Assembly (NCBI RefSeq): GCF_044324875.1
Contig: NZ_CP172185.1
DNA length: 64,000 nucleotides
Strand: one strand, 5' to 3'
From: Escherichia coli
Lineage (GTDB): Bacteria; Pseudomonadota; Gammaproteobacteria; Enterobacterales; Enterobacteriaceae
A model generated the notes under the pieces. It did no database searches. It was not told the DNA's origin and saw nothing but the letters and a program-made list of their open reading frames with translations. Below, one piece after another: positions 15,051 through 24,498 of the stretch. Position numbers and translations under genes: made by a program. Numbering within the stretch: position 1 is the first letter of the stretch; each line of letters begins with the position of its first letter.

Positions 15051-16451
15051 ATGAGCGTTGTGCCTGTAGCCGACGTACTCCAGGGCCGCGTAGCCGTTGA
15101 CAGCGAAGTCACCGTGCGCGGATGGGTACGTACCCGCCGAGATTCAAAAGCTGGCATCTCCTTCCTCGCCGTTTATGACGGTTCCTGCTTTGATCCTGTA
15201 CAGGCTGTCATCAATAATTCTCTGCCCAATTACAATGAAGACGTCTTGCGTCTGACCACCGGCTGCTCGGTCATTGTGACGGGTAAAGTCGTGGCGTCGC
15301 CGGGCCAGGGGCAACAATTTGAAATTCAGGCCAGCAAGGTTGAAGTTGCTGGTTGGGTTGAAGATCCAGACACTTACCCGATGGCGGCAAAACGCCACAG
15401 CATTGAGTATCTGCGTGAAGTCGCTCACCTGCGTCCGCGCACAAACCTGATTGGTGCCGTCGCGCGCGTTCGCCATACGCTGGCGCAGGCGCTGCATCGC
15501 TTCTTTAACGAGCAGGGATTCTTCTGGGTTTCAACGCCACTGATTACTGCGTCTGATACCGAAGGGGCTGGCGAAATGTTCCGCGTTTCTACGCTGGATC
15601 TGGAAAACCTGCCGCGTAACGATCAGGGCAAAGTGGATTTCGACAAAGACTTCTTTGGTAAAGAGTCTTTCCTGACCGTATCTGGCCAGTTGAACGGCGA
15701 AACCTACGCTTGCGCATTGTCCAAAATTTATACCTTCGGCCCGACTTTCCGTGCTGAAAACTCCAACACCAGCCGTCACCTGGCGGAATTCTGGATGCTG
15801 GAGCCGGAAGTGGCGTTTGCTAACCTGAACGATATTGCGGGTCTGGCTGAAGCCATGCTGAAATATGTCTTCAAAGCGGTTCTCGAAGAACGCGCTGACG
15901 ACATGAAATTCTTCGCTGAACGCGTAGATAAAGATGCCGTTTCACGTCTGGAACGCTTTATTGAGGCCGATTTCGCGCAGGTGGATTACACCGACGCAGT
16001 GACCATTCTCGAAAACTGCGGCAGGAAGTTTGAAAACCCGGTTTACTGGGGCGTCGATCTCTCTTCTGAGCATGAGCGTTATCTGGCGGAAGAACACTTT
16101 AAAGCACCGGTAGTGGTTAAAAACTATCCGAAAGATATTAAAGCGTTCTATATGCGCCTTAACGAAGACGGTAAAACCGTTGCGGCTATGGACGTTCTGG
16201 CTCCGGGCATCGGTGAGATCATTGGTGGCTCCCAGCGTGAAGAGCGTCTGGACGTGCTGGACGAGCGTATGCTGGAAATGGGCCTGAACAAAGAAGATTA
16301 CTGGTGGTATCGCGATCTGCGTCGCTACGGTACTGTTCCGCATTCCGGTTTCGGTCTTGGTTTTGAACGCCTGATTGCTTACGTAACAGGCGTGCAAAAC
16401 GTGCGTGATGTGATTCCGTTCCCACGTACTCCACGTAACGCCAGCTTCTAA
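15051..16451 (+). CDS. asnS: asparagine--tRNA ligase
   Basis: Start taken at [13 protein letters not shown] inside listed ORF; 466 aa; class II aaRS C-terminus ([15 protein letters not shown]). Confidence 0.95.
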
Positions 16452-16464
16452 TTTAGCGTCTTCA

Positions 16465-16493
16465 AGAGCCAGCGCCCGCTGGCTCTTTTTTTA
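16465..16493 (+). terminator. rho-independent terminator of asnS
   Basis: Hairpin gagccagcgcccgctggctc followed by a T7 run. Confidence 0.7.
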
Positions 16494-16603
16494 TCCTTTC
16501 TGTCAAGTTATCTGTTTGTTAAGTCAAGCAATCTATTTGCAACCCCACCATAACGATCATCCTGTTACGGAATATTACACTGCAACATTTGCGCACAAAA
16601 AAT

Positions 16604-16634
16604 AATCCGCATTCTTATTGCGGATTAGTTTTTT
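16604..16634 (+). terminator. second hairpin plus T-run in asnS-ompF intergenic, immediately abutting IS200 left end
   Basis: aatccgca-ttcttat-tgcggatt (8-bp stem) followed by agtttttt; the IS200-shared sequence starts right after. Confidence 0.5.
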
Positions 16635-17346
16635 GTGCACAGAAAACCCCCAGCTAGGCTGGGGGTTCCGGAAAGCTTTCAGCTTTGAGCCAGTTATTAA
16701 AACCCCTTTTGATTTGTTAAAACACCTTGCGGTCTGGCAACTGCAAGTGTCAAACAAGAAATCAAAAGGGGGTCCCAATGGGGAACGAAAAGAGCTTAGC
16801 GCACACCCGATGGAACTGTAAATATCACATAGTATTTGCGCCAAAATACCGAAGACAGGTGTTCTACAGAGAGAAGCGTAGAGCAATAGGCTGTATTTTG
16901 AGAAAGCTGTGTGAGTGGAAAAGTGTACGGATTCTGGAAGCTGAATGCTGTGCAGATCATATCCATATGCTTGTGGAGATCCCGCCCAAAATGAGCGTAT
17001 CAGGCTTTATGGGATATCTGAAAGGGAAAAGCAGTCTGATGCTTTACGAGCAGTTTGGTGATTTGAAATTCAAATACAGGAACAGGGAGTTCTGGTGCAG
17101 AGGGTATTACGTCGATACGGTGGGTAAGAACACGGCGAAGATACAGGATTACATAAAGCACCAGCTTGAAGAGGATAAAATGGGAGAGCAGTTATCGATT
17201 CCCTATCCGGGCAGCCCGTTTACGGGCCGTAAGTAACGAAGTTGGATGCAAATGTCAGATCGTGTGCGCCTGTTAGGGCGCGGCTGGTAAGAGAGCCTTA
17301 TAGGCGCATTTGAAAAACCTCCGGCTATGCCGGAGGATATTTATTC
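16634..17346 (+). mobile_element. IS200 insertion sequence, copy 1 (IS200/IS605 family, about 713 bp)
   Basis: Limits set by where the sequence stops matching the second copy (23755..24469, inverted); contains tnpA, a left-end hairpin cccccagc-tag-gctggggg and an RBS-sequestering stem; ends are approximate to within 3 bp. Confidence 0.85.
16778..17236 (+). CDS. tnpA: IS200 transposase TnpA (HUH Y1 transposase)
   Basis: 152 aa from MGNEKSLAHTRWNCKYHIVFAPKYRR...; the HxH motif (ADHIHMLVEI) is visible and the protein closely resembles Salmonella IS200 TnpA as recalled from memory. Confidence 0.9.
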   Translation: MGNEKSLAHTRWNCKYHIVFAPKYRRQVFYREKRRAIGCILRKLCEWKSVRILEAECCADHIHMLVEIPPKMSVSGFMGYLKGKSSLMLYEQFGDLKFKYRNREFWCRGYYVDTVGKNTAKIQDYIKHQLEEDKMGEQLSIPYPGSPFTGRK

Positions 17347-17559
17347 TTAGCTGATAGCACAATTTTCATACTATTTTTTGGCGTTCTGGATGTCTGAACG
17401 AGGATTTAGTGCCAGGTCGATAAAGTTTCCATCAGAAACAAAATTTCCGTTTAGTTAATTTAAATATAATGAAATCATATAAATAGATAAATATTGCTGT
17501 AAATATCATCACGCTTCTATGGAAATATGACGGTGTTCACAAAGTTCCTTAAATTTTAC

Positions 17560-17764
17560 TTTTGGTTACATATTTTTTCTTTTTGAAACCAAACCTTTAT
17601 CTTTGTAGCACTTTCACGGTAGCGAAACGTTAGTTTGAATGGAAAGATGCCTGCAGACACATAAAGACACCAAACTCTCATCAATAGTTCCGTAAATTTT
17701 TATTGACAGAACTTATTGACGGCAGTGGCAGGTGTCATAAAAAAAACCATGAGGGTAATAAATA
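17560..17764 (+). promoter_or_regulatory. ompF promoter with OmpR-binding region and 5' UTR (micF target)
   Basis: Sequence ttttacttttggttacatattttttctttttgaaaccaaa...ttgacagaacttattgacggcagtggcaggtgtcataaaaaaaacc matches my recollection of the K-12 ompF promoter/OmpR F1-F3 region. Confidence 0.55.
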
Positions 17765-18853
17765 ATGATGAAGCGCAATATTCTGGCAGTGATCGTCCCT
17801 GCTCTGTTAGTAGCAGGTACTGCAAACGCTGCAGAAATCTATAACAAAGATGGCAACAAAGTAGATCTGTACGGTAAAGCTGTCGGTCTGCATTATTTCT
17901 CCAAGGGTAACGGTGAAAACAGTTACGGTGGCAATGGTGACATGACCTATGCCCGTCTTGGTTTTAAAGGGGAAACTCAAATCAATTCCGATCTGACCGG
18001 TTATGGTCAGTGGGAATATAACTTCCAGGGTAACAACTCTGAAGGCGCTGACGCTCAAACTGGTAACAAAACGCGTCTGGCATTCGCGGGTCTTAAATAC
18101 GCTGACGTTGGTTCTTTCGATTACGGCCGTAACTACGGTGTGGTTTATGATGCACTGGGTTACACCGATATGCTGCCAGAATTTGGTGGTGATACTGCAT
18201 ACAGCGATGACTTCTTCGTTGGTCGTGTTGGCGGCGTTGCTACCTATCGTAACTCCAACTTCTTTGGTCTGGTTGATGGCCTGAACTTCGCTGTTCAGTA
18301 CCTGGGTAAAAATGAGCGTGACACTGCACGCCGCTCTAACGGCGACGGTGTTGGCGGTTCTATCAGCTACGAATACGAAGGCTTTGGTATCGTTGGTGCT
18401 TATGGCGCCGCTGACCGTACCAACCTGCAAGAAGCTCAACCTCTTGGCAACGGTAAAAAAGCTGAACAGTGGGCTACTGGTCTGAAGTATGACGCGAACA
18501 ACATCTACCTGGCAGCGAACTACGGTGAAACCCGTAACGCTACGCCGATCACTAATAAATTTACAAACATCAGCGGCTTCGCCAACAAAACGCAAGACGT
18601 TCTGTTAGTTGCGCAATACCAGTTCGATTTCGGTCTGCGTCCGTCCATCGCTTACACCAAATCTAAAGCGAAAGACGTAGAAGGTATCGGTGATGTTGAT
18701 CTGGTGAACTACTTTGAAGTGGGAGCAACCTACTACTTCAACAAAAACATGTCCACCTATGTTGACTACATCATCAACCAGATCGATTCTGACAACAAAC
18801 TGGGCGTAGGTTCTGACGACACCGTTGCTGTGGGTATCGTTTACCAGTTCTAA
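17765..18853 (+). CDS. ompF: outer membrane porin F
   Basis: 362 aa, [22 protein letters not shown] signal peptide, C-terminal ...VGIVYQF. Confidence 0.95.
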   Translation: MMKRNILAVIVPALLVAGTANAAEIYNKDGNKVDLYGKAVGLHYFSKGNGENSYGGNGDMTYARLGFKGETQINSDLTGYGQWEYNFQGNNSEGADAQTGNKTRLAFAGLKYADVGSFDYGRNYGVVYDALGYTDMLPEFGGDTAYSDDFFVGRVGGVATYRNSNFFGLVDGLNFAVQYLGKNERDTARRSNGDGVGGSISYEYEGFGIVGAYGAADRTNLQEAQPLGNGKKAEQWATGLKYDANNIYLAANYGETRNATPITNKFTNISGFANKTQDVLLVAQYQFDFGLRPSIAYTKSKAKDVEGIGDVDLVNYFEVGATYYFNKNMSTYVDYIINQIDSDNKLGVGSDDTVAVGIVYQF

Positions 18854-18878
18854 TAGCACACCTCTTTGTTAAATGCCG

Positions 18879-18910
18879 AAAAAACAGGACTTTGGTCCTG
18901 TTTTTTTTAT
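18879..18910 (+). terminator. rho-independent terminator of ompF
   Basis: Hairpin aacaggactttggtcctgtt followed by a T8 run. Confidence 0.75.
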
Positions 18911-19037
18911 GCCTTCCAGAGCAATCTCACGTCTTGCAAAAACAGCCTGCGTTTTCATCAGTAATAGTTGGAATTTTGTAAATCTCCCGTTACCCTGATA
19001 GCGGACTTCCCTTCTGTAACCATAATGGAACCTCGTC

Positions 19038-20228
19038 ATGTTTGAGAACATTACCGCCGCTCCTGCCGACCCGATTCTGGGCCTGGCCGATCTGTTTCGT
19101 GCCGATGAACGTCCCGGCAAAATTAACCTCGGGATTGGTGTCTATAAAGATGAGACGGGCAAAACCCCGGTACTGACCAGTGTGAAAAAGGCTGAACAGT
19201 ATCTGCTCGAAAATGAAACCACCAAAAATTACCTCGGCATTGACGGCATCCCTGAATTTGGTCGCTGCACTCAGGAACTGCTGTTTGGTAAAGGTAGCGC
19301 CCTGATCAATGACAAACGTGCTCGCACGGCACAGACTCCGGGTGGCACTGGCGCACTACGCGTGGCTGCCGATTTCCTGGCAAAAAATACCAGCGTTAAG
19401 CGTGTGTGGGTGAGCAACCCAAGCTGGCCGAACCATAAGAGCGTCTTTAACTCTGCAGGTCTGGAAGTTCGTGAATACGCTTATTATGATGCGGAAAATC
19501 ACACCCTTGACTTCGATGCACTGATTAACAGCCTGAACGAAGCTCAGGCTGGCGACGTAGTGCTGTTCCATGGCTGCTGCCATAACCCAACCGGTATCGA
19601 CCCTACGCTGGAACAATGGCAGACACTGGCACAACTTTCCGTTGAGAAAGGCTGGTTACCGCTGTTTGACTTCGCTTACCAGGGTTTTGCCCGTGGTCTG
19701 GAAGAAGATGCTGAAGGACTGCGCGCTTTCGCGGCTATGCATAAAGAGCTGATTGTTGCCAGTTCCTACTCTAAAAACTTTGGCCTGTACAACGAGCGTG
19801 TTGGCGCTTGTACTCTGGTTGCTGCCGACAGTGAAACCGTTGATCGCGCATTCAGCCAAATGAAAGCGGCGATTCGCGCTAACTACTCTAACCCACCAGC
19901 ACACGGCGCTTCTGTTGTTGCCACCATCCTGAGCAACGATGCATTACGTGCGATTTGGGAACAAGAGCTGACTGATATGCGCCAGCGTATTCAGCGTATG
20001 CGTCAGTTGTTCGTCAATACGCTGCAGGAAAAAGGCGCAAACCGCGACTTCAGCTTTATCATCAAACAGAACGGCATGTTCTCCTTCAGTGGTCTGACAA
20101 AAGAACAAGTGCTGCGTCTGCGCGAAGAGTTTGGCGTGTATGCTGTTGCTTCTGGTCGTGTGAACGTAGCCGGGATGACACCAGATAACATGGCTCCGCT
20201 GTGCGAAGCGATTGTGGCAGTGCTGTAA
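19038..20228 (+). CDS. aspC: aspartate aminotransferase
   Basis: 396 aa; PLP lysine motif [14 protein letters not shown]. Confidence 0.95.
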   Translation: MFENITAAPADPILGLADLFRADERPGKINLGIGVYKDETGKTPVLTSVKKAEQYLLENETTKNYLGIDGIPEFGRCTQELLFGKGSALINDKRARTAQTPGGTGALRVAADFLAKNTSVKRVWVSNPSWPNHKSVFNSAGLEVREYAYYDAENHTLDFDALINSLNEAQAGDVVLFHGCCHNPTGIDPTLEQWQTLAQLSVEKGWLPLFDFAYQGFARGLEEDAEGLRAFAAMHKELIVASSYSKNFGLYNERVGACTLVAADSETVDRAFSQMKAAIRANYSNPPAHGASVVATILSNDALRAIWEQELTDMRQRIQRMRQLFVNTLQEKGANRDFSFIIKQNGMFSFSGLTKEQVLRLREEFGVYAVASGRVNVAGMTPDNMAPLCEAIVAVL

Positions 20229-20243
20229 GCGTTAAAAACAATG

Positions 20244-20272
20244 AAGCCCGCTTAAAAAGCGGGCTTTTTTAT
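20244..20272. terminator. bidirectional terminator between convergent aspC and ycbL
   Basis: Hairpin aagcccgcttaaaaagcgggctt flanked by A-run and T-run. Confidence 0.7.
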
Positions 20273-20278
20273 GCGCCT

Positions 20279-20926
20279 TTACCAGACGGGCATTTCGTCT
20301 TGCAGGAAGGGATTATGCAGGCGCTCATAACCAAGTGTGGATAATGGTCCGTGACCCGGAATAAATGTCACGTCATCCCCCAGTGGCAGCAATTTATCTT
20401 TGATTGAAGAAATCAGTTGATTATGATCGCCACGCGGGAAGTCACTGCGCCCTACTCCACCTTTGAAAATAACATCGCCAGAAATCAGCAGCTTTGCCCG
20501 ATCATCAAAAAATACGACATGACCCGGCGTATGCCCAGGGCAATGTAACACCTGTAAAGCCACATTCCCTATGCTGATGGTATCGCCTTCGTTCAGCCAA
20601 CGATCTGGCGTCAGCGGCTGGCACTCTTCCAGACCAAACATACGACTTTGCGCAGGCAAGCCTTGCAGCCAGAACTCATCTTCTTTTTCCGGGCCAAAAA
20701 CCGGCACGCCGTAATGTTGCGCCAGTTCCGCCGCTGCGCCAACGTGGTCCAGATGACCATGCGTCAGCAGGATCTGCATCAGTGTCAGGCCGCTGGCATC
20801 AACTTCCTGTTTGATTTTTTCCGCATCGCCGCCAGGATCGACCAGTGCGGCCAGTCGGGTTTGTTCACACCAGATCAATGAACAGTTCTGGGAGAATGCG
20901 GTGACCGGAATAATACGATAGTTCAT
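20279..20926 (-). CDS. ycbL: metallo-beta-lactamase fold hydrolase (glyoxalase II-like)
   Basis: 215 aa with THGHLDHVG metal-binding motif. Confidence 0.88.
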   Translation of the reverse strand: MNYRIIPVTAFSQNCSLIWCEQTRLAALVDPGGDAEKIKQEVDASGLTLMQILLTHGHLDHVGAAAELAQHYGVPVFGPEKEDEFWLQGLPAQSRMFGLEECQPLTPDRWLNEGDTISIGNVALQVLHCPGHTPGHVVFFDDRAKLLISGDVIFKGGVGRSDFPRGDHNQLISSIKDKLLPLGDDVTFIPGHGPLSTLGYERLHNPFLQDEMPVW

Positions 20927-20952
20927 ACTGCCCCTGTTTCGTTAAGCGATTG

Positions 20953-21501
20953 CTACCAGTGCCGTGCTGGCCCGGTATCAATATGCACAAAGTTACTACG
21001 TGGGTAATATCCTACACCACCTGCGCGCATAGATAACGCGGCTTTGCGAATATTGCTTAACGCGATACCTTCAATATGGAAATCCATCGCCTGCCCTTTC
21101 GTGTGATAGCTTTTCTTCGCTACTCCACGGCTGCGGGCGCGTAGTTCATTGTTGGTATCAATGGAACGATAACCGGAAATGAGTTGCACCGGTTTGCGGG
21201 TGCCTAACAACCCTTGCAGGCGATACAACTGGTCGAATAATCCTGGGTCGATGGACTTTATTTTGTTCGCGCGGTAATCGCGGAAAAAATGGTTAAGTTT
21301 TGCCAATTCTTCCTGAATATAGCCTCTGCCATCGAAAAACTCCGCTTTGATTGACTCTCCGGTATGAAGATTATTGAGTGTCAAAATGCGCGGGCGTGGG
21401 GTAGAGAGTGTTGCAAACGCAGGGGTCGGCAGGATGGCGGCACCGAGTGCAACGCCACCAAGCGCCAGCAGTTTGCGGCGATTAGCGTCGAATTTGTCCA
21501 T
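20953..21501 (-). CDS. mepK: peptidoglycan LD-endopeptidase MepK (YcbK; Tat signal)
   Basis: Start taken at MDKFDANRRKLLALGGVALGAA (twin-arginine-like) inside listed ORF 20953..21510; 182 aa. Confidence 0.85.
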   Translation of the reverse strand: MDKFDANRRKLLALGGVALGAAILPTPAFATLSTPRPRILTLNNLHTGESIKAEFFDGRGYIQEELAKLNHFFRDYRANKIKSIDPGLFDQLYRLQGLLGTRKPVQLISGYRSIDTNNELRARSRGVAKKSYHTKGQAMDFHIEGIALSNIRKAALSMRAGGVGYYPRSNFVHIDTGPARHW

Positions 21502-21681
21502 GATAATCAAGTCTACAGGTCAATGTTATCGTTTATATGCACTTCTGGCGCACAAGAGGCACCTTAACCGTCAGTAAAGCTGACGTCAAGATGACTCAAC
21601 CCCAGCAGTGACGGGGGCTGCAGAGAATCGCCCCCGATCATGCTAATTATTACGACAACTGATTTCCCCGAACTGCTTCAT

Positions 21682-23529
21682 TTACCTGATTAATTGTTCC
21701 GCTTTCGATACGATTTGCGAGCTGGATCGCGCAGGCAGATCATAATTGTAAATATCTGTACGATACTGGGTACGACCATCTGCACCAACAAAGGCAGTCA
21801 GGTAGTAGAGATTCACCGGAATCGACTGCCGAATATTGACGTAACGCGTATCGCCCTGCTTCAGCGCATCAGAAATACGTTTGTCATTCCATCCTGCATC
21901 CTGCAACAGCATATTCGCCAGATCAGAAGCTTTATTCACTCGTACACAGCCTGAGCTCAATGCGCGTGTATCACGCTTGAACAGATTGTGGTTCGGCGTG
22001 TCATGCAAATAAATGGCCTCTGAACTCGGCATATTGAATTTATAGCGCCCCAGCGAGTTCCGTGGGCCTGGAGCCTGCTGGAAGCGAAACGGTAAATTCG
22101 AGGCCGTGATTGTAGACCAGTCAACCTGCCATGGGTCAATCGCTTCTCTGCTGTTCCAGCCGCGCATCACCGTATAGCCATGGCTTTCGAGATATCCCGG
22201 ATCGTTGCGCACTTTCGGCAGAATATCTTTGCGTGCCAGAGTTGGTGGTACGTTCCACGGCGGGTTTACCACTACGTTGTTAAGTGCACTGCTCATCATC
22301 GGCGTTTTGCGATCGGGGCGACCGACAATGACTCGCGAATCCAGCACCTGATTGCCGTTCTGATAGTAGACCAGCGAATAGGCCGGAATGTTAACCATGA
22401 TCCCGGTAGAAAGCTCTGTTGGCAGCAAGCGCAATCGCTGGATGTTGAGTGCCAACACGCCAGCACGCTGGGCGGGCGTTACGTTTAACCAGTCACGCGT
22501 TGCCGGGCCAATAGCGCCATCTGCTCCCAATCCTTGCCATGCCTGAAAACGTTTAACGGCTTCCACCAGTTCATTATCGTAGGCGGCACGAACGGCAGGC
22601 GCAGGTTTACTACGAGACGTCGTTTGCTTGTCCATCGGCTTAGTTTCTGCTGTTTCAACAGTAACAGCGGATGGGCTGACTACCGTGTCAGTTGGCGTGT
22701 CATCGCCAGGTAGAGTAATTTTCGGCCCCCCGTCCAACATGCCTGTGCGTTGCAATATTTCGCGCAACGCCGGTACGTCGTTACTCCACTGCCCTGGGCG
22801 CAACGTTGCTTTACCGGTCAGTTGAGGCCACGGTTTGGTGTCACTGAGTAAGGCCAGTAACGATTCATGCATCGCCGCATATTGCGGATGCTGCGGTGCC
22901 AGTCCTGCAACAAACGTCGGCAATTGACCTTTATCCAGCGCCAGCTGCCATTGGTTAATCACCGAAAGCGGCGGCGTTGCAAGCGCATAAGGTTTACTGC
23001 TATATAGCCAGCGAGTGCCTTTGACCGGAATATTTGCAATGAAATGGAGATAGCCCATCATCGCATCAGAGAGCACGACGTCGCGTGCCATCCCGTTAAC
23101 ACCAGGATCGGTCAGTAACTCTACCCATTTATTAAACTGCGGCTGGAAACCGGCAATCGCCACCTCGGCCAGCTGTTGCTGGAAGGCTTTAACAGCATCA
23201 CGGTTTTCCCACATGGGTTGCATATCGCGTGCGGCATACAACAGTTGAAGCTGGTTAAGATAAACCGGCTTGTAACCTGCGGGTAATTGAGATTCGATTT
23301 GCGTGCGGGCTTTTTCTGCCGCACCTTCAGGCAATGGCTGGATCCCCGCCATTATTGCCGTGGCTTGCGCCTGCGGCAGTGCCTCGCCCTGTTCACTGAC
23401 AGCCACCGGGCTGTCGCCAGGGATTACTTCAGGCTCATCGGCCTGCGCATTGAACAGTGGAGCGAATGTTACGGCCAGGCACAAACTGATTGCCGACAGC
23501 CGACGACCACACATCATATTAAGCAACAT
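21682..23529 (-). CDS. ldtD: L,D-transpeptidase LdtD (YcbB)
   Basis: 615 aa with signal peptide and YkuD-type catalytic region (HDTPNHNLF...SSGCVRV). Confidence 0.9.
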   Translation of the reverse strand: MLLNMMCGRRLSAISLCLAVTFAPLFNAQADEPEVIPGDSPVAVSEQGEALPQAQATAIMAGIQPLPEGAAEKARTQIESQLPAGYKPVYLNQLQLLYAARDMQPMWENRDAVKAFQQQLAEVAIAGFQPQFNKWVELLTDPGVNGMARDVVLSDAMMGYLHFIANIPVKGTRWLYSSKPYALATPPLSVINQWQLALDKGQLPTFVAGLAPQHPQYAAMHESLLALLSDTKPWPQLTGKATLRPGQWSNDVPALREILQRTGMLDGGPKITLPGDDTPTDTVVSPSAVTVETAETKPMDKQTTSRSKPAPAVRAAYDNELVEAVKRFQAWQGLGADGAIGPATRDWLNVTPAQRAGVLALNIQRLRLLPTELSTGIMVNIPAYSLVYYQNGNQVLDSRVIVGRPDRKTPMMSSALNNVVVNPPWNVPPTLARKDILPKVRNDPGYLESHGYTVMRGWNSREAIDPWQVDWSTITASNLPFRFQQAPGPRNSLGRYKFNMPSSEAIYLHDTPNHNLFKRDTRALSSGCVRVNKASDLANMLLQDAGWNDKRISDALKQGDTRYVNIRQSIPVNLYYLTAFVGADGRTQYRTDIYNYDLPARSSSQIVSKAEQLIR

Positions 23530-23754
23530 CCCTTGCCCCCTGTTTTTATCATACTCTGAATAGCCAGGCTGTTATTTTACGACTTACCTGTACAACGCCA
23601 ATACTCACGAAAGTATGACGAGCAAGCCTGTTACTCATCAGGCTTATCTTCAGTATATAAACGCCGATACGTTTTTACATAACCTAATGTAAAGAAGTTT
23701 AAAGAAAAGCGCGCCGTAATGTGCCACTTTTTTAGTGCAGAAACGGAGTTTTCG

Positions 23755-24469
23755 GAATAAATATCCTCCGGCATAGCCGGAGGTTTTTCAAATGCGCCTA
23801 TAAGGCTCTCTTACCAGCCGCGCCCTAACAGGCGCACACGATCTGACATTTGCATCCAACTTCGTTACTTACGGCCCGTAAACGGGCTGCCCGGATAGGG
23901 AATCGATAACTGCTCTCCCATTTTATCCTCTTCAAGCTGGTGCTTTATGTAATCCTGTATCTTCGCCGTGTTCTTACCCACCGTATCGACGTAATACCCT
24001 CTGCACCAGAACTCCCTGTTCCTGTATTTGAATTTCAAATCACCAAACTGCTCGTAAAGCATCAGACTGCTTTTCCCTTTCAGATATCCCATAAAGCCTG
24101 ATACGCTCATTTTGGGCGGGATCTCCACAAGCATATGGATATGATCTGCACAGCATTCAGCTTCCAGAATCCGTACACTTTTCCACTCACACAGCTTTCT
24201 CAAAATACAGCCTATTGCTCTACGCTTCTCTCTGTAGAACACCTGTCTTCGGTATTTTGGCGCAAATACTATGTGATATTTACAGTTCCATCGGGTGTGC
24301 GCTAAGCTCTTTTCGTTCCCCATTGGGACCCCCTTTTGATTTCTTGTTTGACACTTGCAGTTGCCAGACCGCAAGGTGTTTTAACAAATCAAAAGGGGTT
24401 TTAATAACTGGCTCAAAGCTGAAAGCTTTCCGGAACCCCCAGCCTAGCTGGGGGTTTTCTGTGCACAAA
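23755..24469 (-). mobile_element. IS200 insertion sequence, copy 2 (inverted relative to copy 1)
   Basis: Reverse complement matches copy 1 over the full element including tnpA (identical 169-aa ORF translation); ends set by loss of identity. Confidence 0.85.
23865..24323 (-). CDS. tnpA: IS200 transposase TnpA
   Basis: ORF translation identical to the copy-1 ORF; 152 aa from MGNEKSLAHT... Confidence 0.9.
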   Translation of the reverse strand: MGNEKSLAHTRWNCKYHIVFAPKYRRQVFYREKRRAIGCILRKLCEWKSVRILEAECCADHIHMLVEIPPKMSVSGFMGYLKGKSSLMLYEQFGDLKFKYRNREFWCRGYYVDTVGKNTAKIQDYIKHQLEEDKMGEQLSIPYPGSPFTGRK

Positions 24470-24492
24470 GAAAAGGCGGCATTGCTGCCGCC
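24470..24492 (-). terminator. rho-independent terminator of mukB, abutting IS200 copy 2 left end
   Basis: Hairpin ggcggcagcaatgccgcc followed on the minus strand by ttttcttt, 5 nt after the mukB stop. Confidence 0.65.
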
Positions 24493-24498
24493 TTCATT

